Below are positions 1-11,199 of a stretch of DNA of 42,935 nucleotides, one piece after another. How positions within the stretch are numbered: position 1 is the first letter of the stretch; each line of letters opens with the position of its first letter. Made by a program: the position numbers and the translations under genes. The stretch is taken from positions 49,965,404-50,008,338 of the forward strand of contig NC_068986.1 in assembly GCF_001194135.2 (NCBI RefSeq), written 5' to 3'. The notes beneath the pieces are model-generated. The model saw only the letters and a list, made by a program, of their open reading frames with translations, was not told the origin of the DNA and searched no databases. The DNA comes from Octopus bimaculoides. Lineage: Eukaryota.

Positions 1-37
<37 letters not shown>

Positions 38-170
38 TATAAATAAATATACATATATATATAAATATATAAACATACATACATACATAAATATACATAC
101 ATATATAAATATATATAAATATTATATAAATCTATATATACAAACATAAATATTATATAAATATACATAT
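1..170. repeat. (TA)n / (TACA)n degenerate microsatellite
   Basis: Directly visible. Confidence 0.95.
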
Positions 171-279
171 AAATATGGCAATTTTATATATACAAATAAT
201 TCTTTTACAAGTCACTGTCAGCTCTATTCTTGTAAAAGAATTATAAATATGTACTTTACAAAAAGAGTTGAGTAATCCT

Positions 280-740
280 TCAGTTAAATGTAAAATTGTT
301 CCCAACCACATGGTTGAAGGTTCAGTCCCATTCGTGACACCTTGGGCTAGTGTCTTGTGCTATAGCCTCGAATCAACCAAAGTCTTGTGAGTGAATTTGA
401 TAGACGGAAACTGAAAGAAGCTCGTCGCATACATATATATCTGGCAAAGATAAAGAACACGAACACTTGGTGGTTTTTAGGGTCAGCGTTGAGGCTACGC
501 CGAAAACGGGTGGTGTGCTTGTTCTTCACCTTCGCCTATATATTTGTGTGTGTTTGTCTACACCACCAGTACCACTTAATCAGTGCTGGTATGTTTACGT
601 CCCCGTAACGTAGCGATTCGGCCAATGCGACTGATAAAGTACCAAGCTTTAAAAATAAGGACTGGGGTCGATACATTCAACTAAAAATTCATCAAGGCGG
701 TGGCCCCAGCATGGCTGCAATCTAATGACTGAAACAAGAT
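280..740 (+). mobile_element. Octopus-type tRNA/CORE-like SINE (OR2-like), diverged, with a ~94-bp insertion in its central TA tract
   Basis: Contains family blocks seen in at least 10 other copies in this window: CCCAACCACATGGT, CACCTTGGGC-AGTGTCTT, GACGGAAACTGAAAGAAGC, TTTACGTCCCCGTAAC and the tail GGCGGTG-CCCCAGCATGGC...AATGACTGAAACAAG. The family name is from recall. Confidence 0.85.
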
Positions 741-1352
741 ATATATATATATATATATGTGTGTATATATATATATAATTTTATATATACACACACACAA
801 ATGCAACAATATATTATTCCAAAGGTAATCAATACATGTATGTGTCGCACAGAACATCACAGTTCTGATGTACGAGGGTAAAATTATAATAGGGAACATT
901 CAGAGAGAGAGAGAGAGAGAGATAACTTCAACCATCCCCATTGCACTGGGAGTCAGGGTTGCTATTGAGGACAGCCCTCACTGTGTGTACATACATACAT
1001 ACATATACATATATAAATAATATGTGAGTATATGCATATATATGTACATGTATGTACATACCTTCATCTACATGTACATATAGATACATATCTAGGTGGG
1101 CATTAAGTTATGTGTATTAATCAGCAGGTACATTCGAAAACAAAACTTCTCAACTGTATAAATTCTAATTTTTATTCTATAATCGCTGTCATTACAACCA
1201 ATTAATAACACTCATAATATAATTTACTTTACGTCCTGTTATTGGAACACTATGAATTAATAGTATATACACACAGAAACAGATAGATGCGTGTCTGTAG
1301 ATATACATTTTATGTGTATGTGCGTGTCTGTGTGTGTGTATGTATGTGTGTG

Positions 1353-1385
<33 letters not shown>

Positions 1386-2959
1386 GGATACACACTCGTA
1401 GAAATATCTAAGCAGTAAACTTCTGTAATGTCTCCGCAAGATAAAAGTGTGACAAACGTTTCGGAACAAAAACTGACTGTTTTCATTGTGTTTTTCGTTT
1501 TTTTTTTTTTTATCTAAACACCGTTATGTATCCTTTGTTTGTTTTCCTTGTGCCTCCCAGCCAGCACAAAATACTCCAATTCGACGGCGATGTCGATGAT
1601 GATAGTATCGCGTGGACATCTTTGCAAGTTTACACCCAACCAGAAAGAAAACAACTTGTTATTTATATAATTACATGAGGCAGATTACAGACAACTCACC
1701 ACACAAACGAACGTTAGTCGATTACGAAATATGGATGGCTAGAAAGGATACTACAGCAATATGTAGCCAGGCGTAGTGGTAGTTTATAGAATAATTACTT
1801 CGCAATTAGGTTTCACTTTATTTCTATTTCCGTTTTGTTGGTTTAATAACTCTTTTTATTGTTATTCCTGCTTGTTTTATTTCGTCTTATTAGGATTACC
1901 TACGTGTTAACAGTAACAAGGATGTCGAACAGAGATAAGAATTAGCTTCAGCAGAGATAATCTTTCGTATAAATAAATGCTTCAGTATATGCATCCATAG
2001 ATATACATGTATATACATTGTTTATCATACTTGCACACGAGTGCGCGTGTATACAAATATATATAACTATTAACACACAAATATAATCGGTTAGAGATAC
2101 TGAAATATATACAAGCATTTATTAAGGCTAACTAATCGTTTATAACGATCATTGTAATTGCTTGTACATTCGAGTGTGTGTATATTATTATGTCCGTTGA
2201 ATTTTCAATCCTTCCTATTAAACCAGAACATATACATATCTATACATATATCTATGTGTACGTCTTACATAGATTTATGCATATATAAATACATATATAC
2301 TTATGTGTACATATATATTCTTAGGTTATAGAGAGACATGCATGCACTACGTATAGACGGTATGTATATTCGTATTGTGTATATACATGTCTATAATTTA
2401 ACGGTGGTTTTAGTATGAGGAAAACATCAATCGCAGTTCAATTTTGTCCAACGTAGATGTATCTCTTATCGAGGTGGACACAAGTTTAAGATATTTCGGG
2501 TAGAGACCTGAGAGGGGTATATAAAGGTTTTATTGAAACAGTTGATCGGTTCAACAACTAACTAATGGACTTTAAGATTACTCCTCAACGATTCATTTGT
2601 CCACTGTATTTAATTTTAGAAAAAAAAAACTTGAAAGGGGGTTTAAAATAAATAATTTAGCATACCCTCTACCAACTAAAACGAAAACACCACCCCACTC
2701 GTAAAGAAAGAAAAAAATACCCCACACCCTATATATATACTCCGTAAAAACCTGGAATCATGAGAATTAAACGATGTATGAACGAAAAAGTAGAAATTAA
2801 ACAGAGTAAAAATAAAATATAATCCATTCTGTTGTTTTTTTACTCACTCTTTTTAAAAACTTGGGGGGAAAAACCAGCTCATAAAAATCGGCGGAAGTAG
2901 ATTTGTGGATGTGTGCGATAAGAAACAAGAGACACGCATGCGCAGCGACCTTTCGTTGG

Positions 2960-3325
2960 TTCTGTTCTTTCGTTATTTCTTTCTTTTTCTCTCACATTCA
3001 CTTAGCCTTTCTCCCTCTATGTATATCTATATTTCTCTCTCTCTTTCTTTTAGCCTTTCTCCCTATCTCACTCATTCATTCACACTTTCATTCTCTCTCC
3101 TCTCTTTCATTACTATGCTTTTTCTTTTTCTCCCTCCCATATTTCTAGCAATATCTTTCTTTCCTTCTCCCCTCTAATAATTTCTCCGAATCTCTTTTCG
3201 CCGTCTCATTCTTTTTAATCTATCTAAACTCCCCTTCACTTTGCTGTTTCTTTCACCACCTCTCTATATGTACTCTTAATCTTTTCTCCTCTCTCCGCTA
3301 CTCCTCTTTCTCTGTCTCCCTCTTT
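2960..3325 (+). repeat. CT-rich low-complexity tract immediately upstream of the CpG island
   Basis: Directly visible. It explains the L/S/F-rich spurious ORFs at 2903-3177. Confidence 0.85.
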
Positions 3326-3450
3326 GGCGCTCGCGCGCGAGTACGACCTGACCTAGGCGAAGCGTCTCCATGTACTTCCGGGTCGCCGGAGCGAAACGGG
3401 AAGGTCGGTCGCTCGCTTTTGGTCGGCGATTACGGTCAGTCGGCTGGTTG
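3325..3450 (+). promoter_or_regulatory. CpG-rich candidate core promoter of the + strand gene
   Basis: Abrupt CpG-dense island in AT-rich surroundings. Contains the palindrome CTCGCGCGCGAG (~3331-3342), an ETS-type ACTTCCGG (~3375-3382) and an arthropod-type initiator TCAGTC (3436-3441). It lies ~420 bp upstream of the ATG at 3858. The TSS position is an inference. Confidence 0.6.
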
Positions 3451-3857
3451 GTTGGTTTTGGTTTAGATTTCGTTCGGGTTTTTCTGTGGTTAGGTTAGGT
3501 TTGTTTGTTTGTGTGTGTGAGAGAGAGAGAGAGAGAGTGTCTTGGTTGTGTTGCGTTTTTTTATCCCCCCTCCTCTTTCTTCTCCTTCCTCTTCTTTTTT
3601 CTTCTCCGTTTCTGTGGGAGGAAGGAGGGAAGAAAGAAAGAAAGAGCGAGAGAGGGCCGAATGAAAGAAGGTGAGGGAATAGAGACGGCTTAATGGTTAA
3701 TGGTTAAACGTTAACAAAAAGGAAAAAAAAAAAAGAAAACAGAAAAGACAAAGTACGAAGCAGTAAGCCACATGCGGTTCATTTAAAATTATTATTACCC
3801 ATAGACCTCCTTCACATCGCTTTGGACGGTTGTTTCTTATACTTTTTTTGGTCGACA

Positions 3858-3897
3858 ATGCCTAGAAGAAAACAGAACTGCCCTAAACGTTTGAAAT
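3858..3897 (+). CDS. tsh: First coding exon of a probable teashirt/tiptop (TSHZ-like) zinc-finger repressor: MPRRKQNCPKRLK + 1 nt
   Basis: ATG CCT AGA AGA AAA CAG AAC TGC CCT AAA CGT TTG AAA T|GTAAGT: 40 coding nt followed by a consensus donor at 3898. The M-x-RRKQ-x-x-P motif is the FOG1/SALL/BCL11-type NuRD(RBBP4)-binding N-terminus. MPRRKQ specifically begins TSHZ1-3, which from recall also have a 40-nt first coding exon. ZNF827-like (MPRRKQEQPKRL) is the main alternative. No zinc fingers are visible in this window. Confidence 0.72.
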
Positions 3898-4751
3898 GTA
3901 AGTACGTTTACCATCTATATCATCATAATGTTCGTGTGTTCATTTTGCCCTTGTGGCTAATAAACGAAGAATTCTTTATATTATTAGAAAACATTAAAGA
4001 AAATATTAATATAAAGTAATAGTATGTGTTGTGGTTTTAATTTTTTTTTTTCTGTTACATATTCCCGTTTATATTTTTACTGTTTTCTTTTTTTTTCTCT
4101 TCGTTTCTTAATGCCATTTAGCGGTTGTTATTTAGTTGTTTGTCGTTAAATTGTTTTCACAATTGATTGTAGGAAAGGCATGAATGTCACACGAGCAAGT
4201 TGCCCCCTCATCCACGTAAATTCTGGCGGGTGACACATGCCGATGTAGAAAAAGAAAAGAAAAAAGCAAGCAAACAAATAAAACATTCATATTTTAGAAT
4301 ATTTTCATCTCCACCGTTTCTTGTTTGTGGGGTGGGTGGAGGTCTTTCCATCCTCATTTTATCGTTTTTTTATGCCTTTTTTTTTTCTCTTGTACACTCC
4401 GTTCCATTTCACATCATGNNNNNNNNNNNNNNNNNNNNNNNNNNNNNNNNNNNNNNNNNNNNNNNNNNNNNNNNNNNNNNNNNNNNNNNNNNNNNNNNNN
4501 NNNNNNNNNNNNNNNNNNNNNNNNNNNNNNNNNNNNNNNNNNNNNNNNNNNNNNNNNNNNNNNNNNNNNNNNNNNNNNNNNNNNNNNNNNNNNNNNNNNN
4601 NNNNNNNNNNNNNNNNNNNNNNNNNNNNNNNNNNNNNNNNNNNNNNNNNNNNNNNNNNNNNNNNNNNNNNNNNNNNNNNNNNNNNNNNNNNNNNNNNNNN
4701 NNNNNNNNNNNNNNNNNNNNNNNNNNNNNNNNNNNNNNNNNNNNNNNNNNN

Positions 4752-4794
<43 letters not shown>

Positions 4795-5906
4795 GTGTGT
4801 CTGTAGATATAGTTGTCAGTGTGGTAAGAGACATACATATGTTGGTTTATGTTTATTTTCATGGTTCAGCGTGATGGTGTTGGCGTGGAATTTGTTCTTT
4901 GGTTCCACCACCACCATCATCATCATCACCACTCTGTCTCCCTTTACACCTTGAAGCTTTGTTGTCTATTATTTTTATTTACCTTTATATATACCATCTT
5001 CATATACATTCTTGCGTCTTGTTGCTTAACACCCAACAGATCTGTCAACAGAATCAAAGATCTCTTACCATTTTTTGTAGCTGTTTATGTTTTTTGTTTC
5101 TTTCTTTTGAGTTTTTTGCTTTGTATTTGCTGAATTTTGTTTTTCTTTTTTGAAATTATCTTGGCGGGTAGTGATGCGATGATGATGTAGGCATGTGATG
5201 AAATTTGTGGGTATTTTTGTTCTAAAATGTTTGGTCGTGTGTATTATAATTTCCGCTGTCCTTATAGCTTACTGTCTATCTATGTACATGTGTGTGTGTG
5301 TGTGTTTGTGTAAGAGATTGAAGTTTGTATTCGTGCTTTTATTTTCTTCTACACTTCTGCGGTTTATTGTTTCTATGTGTGTGTATCTGACAGGCATTGT
5401 TTATTTATTTATTTACTTATTTGTTTCTGCTCCCAGTGAATGTGTGTGTGTGTGTGATCTGGCATGATTATTTGTTGTTGGCGGGTGGTGGTGATGGAAT
5501 GACTGAAAATTCTTAAACACGCACTTGCTGGCTGACTGCTGTGGCAGTAGTAGTAATAATAGTGTGTAAATGTGTGTGTGTGTGTGTGTGTATAATACAC
5601 TCACACATACACACACACACATATATATATATATATAGATAGATAGATAGATAGATGTCTATGCGTGTGTGTCTGTCTGACAGTTATACTGACATGTCCA
5701 CCCTGTACCATTATTCGAATTGCTGTGTTGTAATACACGCACCCTTATTTATTATTATTTTTTTTCACTTTGGAGACATAGGATGCTTATGTGTGTGTAT
5801 ACAGGAATACACGACAAGCTAGATAATATGATCCTTACTTTTCCGGGGTTTTTATTTCAGTTTGTTTTGGCTATCACATAATCTCAAACCATACTCACAC
5901 ACATAC

Positions 5907-5981
<75 letters not shown>

Positions 5982-7140
5982 CATACAAGAGCAGTGTGCT
6001 CGTGTGTTGCATTTAAGTGAAACAAATTGCTTGTTTTCGCCGTATGTCTTTGATTTCCAAATTCTCACACATGTCCATAATCCGTTGCAAATCCTAAATA
6101 CACACACTCGCACACGACGTGTGTGTGTGAACGAATTTATGTATGCATGCATGTGTGGATGGATGGATGGATGGATGGATAATATGAGTATGTACTGAGA
6201 GGTTGAAATGTTATTTTTTCGCTGACATCATATTCACATATATAACATCCACGCTCGCGCCAATACTTCGATGGTTTTCGACCCCCTTCTACTTACTATC
6301 ACCATTAGCATCATCATAGTTGTCATTAGAATTGTTTTTGTATTGCATTATCCTTCAGATTACAGTAACACCTCGAAATTTCTTCCTCGGTTTACAGACT
6401 TTACAATGTGTTCATTTCTGTGTGTGTGTGATTCTTATCGGCTTCTCCGGCCCTTTATAACAGCAGCAACCACCAATAAATAAGTCAATGTAAACCTTTT
6501 TTTTTTGTTTTCCTACGTGATCGCTCAACATGTTAAAAATGGCAGTTAAATTACCCCCCTAATTCACACCCCCACCCCCACCTTCATATATACAAGGATG
6601 AATACACGCATTAGGTGTTATGAGATAGCCGTTGAGCTGGTATGTTCGTTAAGAAAAAGAGGCAGGTTCGTCGTGGTCGGAATACCTTTGGTCGTACGAC
6701 AAAACGACCAATAACCATTTTACTCCTTTATTCTCTTTCACACACACACACACATTATATTCCGTCTCCTTAACCCCTTACCTGTGTATAGCATACTGCT
6801 GACAACCATCATTCATTCTAATCTATCCACATTTCCTTTATTTAACAAACACACGTACACATCTTATCTATCTGTCTGTCTGTCTGTCAATGTATTACAT
6901 TCCTAACTAGATAGCTAGCTAGCTATTTAGCTATTTATTATGTTTCTCTTGATTTTTATCTATCTTACATTGCTATGCTATGTACACTCATCATGTATAT
7001 ATATTACACTTTATATATATTTGTTTGTACGTATGCATAAATCTTATATACATGCCTAGATATGTATCAATCTCTCTATCTGTATACATCGTTTTGTTTA
7101 TACATATGCATAAACTGTATCTCAACGCTGTCTATCTATT

Positions 7141-7184
<44 letters not shown>

Positions 7185-7625
7185 CACATACATACATACA
7201 TCCATAATACACATCCATACATCCATACAGGTATGTCTACAGCACACAAGTATATCTGCATCATATACCATGTGTATATATATGCATATTTATAGGTGTT
7301 CGCATACACACACTCACACACGAATGACGGAGAGAGATAAGGGTGATCTCTAATTTTTGTTATGCACTGTTTGTCTATTAATTTTATATATCTGTCAAAA
7401 CCACTTATTTATTTTGCTGTTTATCAATATCTCGGAATATACCTATCTAGCCTATTTGTCTTTCATTGCCTTATCTTTCTTTCTCTCTTTTCTATTGATA
7501 CATCGTCTATTTTTTTTTTCTGCATGCCTGTCCGTCTCTCTATCAGTCAGTCAGTCTGTCTGCCCATCTTGATCGATTACTCTTTGGTTGTCAGCTCTTA
7601 CACAATCTGAGAGAGAAAGAATGGT

Positions 7626-7660
<35 letters not shown>

Positions 7661-8589
7661 AGCAGGCAAAGACCTTCTAGGTCCATTCTTCCGCTTGCTT
7701 GTCTTGTGGAGTGCGTGTGTGCGCGTCGCTGTCACTCAACGAAGCGTCACTGTTGGCAGCAAGCTTCTCTCGCTTTAAAAACCAGCATCATCATCATCAG
7801 TCCCTTATACCAGGCCTTTCACGGCTATTCTTGCACTTGTATAGCCACCCTTCTCTCTCTTTCTCTCTCTCTCTCTCTTTCCTTGTATCTTTCTCTCTCC
7901 CTCCCTCATCTCTCTCTCTCTCTCGTGCATGCTTACAAATAAATACCAGTTACATATAAATATATATACCCAGTTTTGATCTGGGTAGAAGCCTGTAATT
8001 CAAAAATGGATTCGTACAACTATTACGTAGAGTATATATTTTATTGTGATAGAGGGATGCCAAACATATATAAAGGCATGTATATATATGTGTGTGTGTG
8101 TGCATGTATGTATGTATATATGTGTGTATAATAAGTATGCGTACGTATAACTGTATATATATACACACTCGTTGACTTTACTATTTGATCCACGTTAAGC
8201 CCAGCTTGCGAGCCAACGAAGAAGCTCTGAAAGTGTAACCTCTCGATAGGCTGGAAATATCTGGACAGATCAGATAATGTTGTCCCAAAAGTCCCAGACA
8301 GCCCTAAAGAGCCGTGAAGGTCACGACTGGAATGCCTTTAATCGTAGTTTTTTGCTCGATCAGTGTTCAACTGGGTGCTAAACAAGCTTAACGTACACAC
8401 CCACCAAAATATGTTTTGCCATTCTGGTGTAGATATAACCTGTATGCATTCACACACAAACATGCACAAATTACATTCACACACAAACATGCTTACTTGT
8501 GTACATGCACGCGGACGTGCAAATACTAGGAAGATAGATAGATAGATAGAAAATCTATATCTATGCGAACGCACTACCCTTTATAACGG

Positions 8590-8770
8590 CACGAGTTTCT
8601 AGAAATAGCTGCCAAAAAGTCCCTCAAATTACAACCGTTTCGTGTTGAAAAAGAGAGAACGACGCATTGGAAAATACAGTCCCTAGATACAGAATCCAAG
8701 ATAAAGATGAGATGGCCATGGCCGAAACATTACTGTTCAGATTTTGTTGACCATGGGCGAAACAGCATAC
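8590..8770 (+). mobile_element. Decayed retroposon 3-prime fragment (family marked by CTAGAAATAGCAGCCAAA)
   Basis: CTAGAAATAGCTGCCAAAAAGTCCCTCAAAT here matches CTAGAAATAGCAGCCAAATTCCTCTCAAAT at ~24822. Both are followed later by a GATGG(C/T)CAT(G/A)GC-like block. Confidence 0.5.
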
Positions 8771-9602
8771 GCATACACGCGCGCATAGATAGATAGATAG
8801 ATACACACACACATATTAAGATCGCTGTTGCATTTTGTTTGGTAATTGTTGCTGTAGATGTATAATCTGTGGAAAAATCAATTTTTAAACCGTCCAAACT
8901 TAAAATCAGGAATGAAACATCCTCCGCCCTTACTCAATTCTCATAAATTCTTAATATGAAAAACGATAGCAGCTATAACAACAATAATAATTATTATATA
9001 TTTTTATTATTTATTTACCGACCAAGCGTACAAATGCACATAAACGACCTTTGTCTATCTATCTATCTATATATATATATATATATATATATCCATCCAT
9101 ATATTTATAATCTTAACACTTGTAATTGTGTGTGTCTACCAAAACATGGGCATCAAATAATCTACATATATTTAATTATATTAATTGGTTGAAGAGGTGA
9201 ATGACACATATGCATGTGTGCTTGTGTCTGTGTGTATATATACAGACATCTGTCTCTGCACGCGCGTGTACATATTATGTATGTATCTACATATATTCTG
9301 TGTTTGTTTGTGTGTGTATGTATGTGTGTGTGTGTGTGTGACTGCGATCTAATCGCTGGATTTAAACTAAAAACCATTTGTGTTAAAATCATTGTAATTT
9401 CGTAACACGCACACACACACACACACATATATACACACACGCACACAACTGTGAAAATTGGTTTTTCAACAGTTGTTTACTCTGATAATGTGAAACTCGG
9501 AGTAGAAGTGTTGAAAACCCACCATTCCTCTCTTGGATTGAGTGCCATTTCCCTTTCGTTTGTATTAACAACGATATAAATGCATATATATATATATATA
9601 AA

Positions 9603-9666
<64 letters not shown>

Positions 9667-11199
9667 CATATATGTATATATGTGTTTGTATACAGGTACG
9701 TATAAAGACATAGAAGTGTGCATTTTACAAACGTTTACCCACCAAAGTACATGTGGGTACTTTTCTTTCGTTTGTTAGTCTATATTTGTAATAATTGGGT
9801 ACACATTTGTGTATGCAATTTCGCGAATAAGTAGTCAAAAGAGTATACAGCAGAGAAGAATTGGTATCTGATTTGAACTTATTACTCTATCTCCTCTATT
9901 GTTTATTTATTGCAACTGAGTTTCCTGTCCCCGAATCTCAGAGGAATACATACATAATATGCTAGCTTGGAAAACGGACGTTAACTGGGGATTGATGTGT
10001 GTGTGTGTGTGTGTGTGTGTGATGTACACGCACGTGTGTGTATATTATGTTTGTGTATGTTGTTATTTAATATACAATAAACAGATAAGTAACTATGCTC
10101 TTAATCAGAGGCGGCAGTTTCGCTGTTTTGTTGCCAGGTTTTGTCAGGAAAAAAAATGTGGTGTTGGGGTATTAGCATTTTGTATTAGAGTATCTCTAAT
10201 CTGTCAGTGAGTACGCCCGTCTCGTTTACCACATTTTGACTTACTCTTTCACACGCAGAGGCCACCACGAAATATGTTTGCTGCGTAAGATCTGTGAATT
10301 AACGTGTCCAAAGCATTATGTACCTCGTGTACACACATTATCACCAACCAACTCACGGCTGTTTCATAGTACATATTATTATTATTATCTTTACATCACC
10401 CCTTCCTGAATCTGCCATTGCCATGCTGACTGATGGGTGACTTCGCCATTCCGATGTTGATGGTATTAGTGAATATGCTGGTGGGGTACATTATTATTGT
10501 TATTGATGGTGGTGGCGGTATTTTTGTGGTGGTGCTGTTGATGTTCTTTAGCTCCGGTGCAAACGCTGATGGAGCAGGTAGGCCGCATGATCGAAAATAT
10601 TCCACCCACGACCAGCCCGCCTGTTTTAAATTCCAGATAGTATATCAAACGGTACGCTGATTATTCAATAAGGTCTTGATTTAAAATAAGAAAGGGAAAG
10701 AAAGTAAAGACTTTATAGAGTAAATTTAGGGGTAGATTTTGGCTTCGTGTTTCTTGTCAGTCGACCGGACACGTTGCTTTTCCTTCTTTGGTTCGGTATT
10801 GTCATTACGGTTGCTGAACAGACCTGAATCGTCAAAAGCGTTTCCTCAAAAACCATTTCGTCCTTTTTTATATATTTTTTATTGTTTCAGTCCAGGGTAA
10901 GTGTATCCCAGACTGCATTATCCAACGTAATCTTTTCTGAGACGGTAGTGACGTGGTTTGGGAGAGACCTGGCTACAGTTTCTAGCTGGTCTACCCTTCC
11001 ACTGTGTAGAGGTTCCTCTACTTGTTTGTTTGTGGTGGAGTATTGATGATAATGGTATCGTTGTTGTTCTAAATACATAAACTATACCCTTCTTCCTTCC
11101 TTTTTTTTCTCCCCCCCCTCTCACATTTTTTCTTTTTATTTCCCTCTCACTCACATACGCACACAGACATTCCTTCTCTCTCTCTCTTTCATTAAATTA

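Noticed and set aside
3465-3470. DPE at +28 from the TCAGTC initiator
   Set aside because: The sequence is AGATT, which fails the RGWYV consensus at the last position.
3575-3636. Pyrimidine/purine hairpin in the leader (CTTTCTT-CTCCTTCCTC with GAGGAAGGAG-GG-AAGAAAG)
   Set aside because: The complementarity is real but expected between adjacent CT-rich and GA-rich low-complexity tracts.
3898-4019. Continuation of the ORF past MPRRKQNCPKRLK (CKYVYHLY...)
   Set aside because: A perfect GTAAGT donor sits exactly where similarity to the motif ends; the rest looks intronic.
4177-4240. GGCATG-AA-TGTCAC ... GTGACA-CATGCC stem; also small hairpins at 6688-6711, 9445-9476 and ~25393-25440
   Set aside because: Stems of 8-13 bp with large loops or AT-rich arms are within chance for 43 kb and are not pre-miRNA-like.
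7221-7236. CAG|GTATGT and similar AG|GT junctions (9694, 13471, 33651, 41189) as recursive sites
   Set aside because: No adequate pyrimidine tract or donor, or located inside a SINE.
10433-10660. Signal-peptide- or TM-like ORF on +, and zinc-finger-like YLLHQRLH on -
   Set aside because: The hydrophobicity comes from degenerate GGT/GAT/ATT triplets. The His pair lacks the two cysteines at C2H2 spacing and is followed by a stop.
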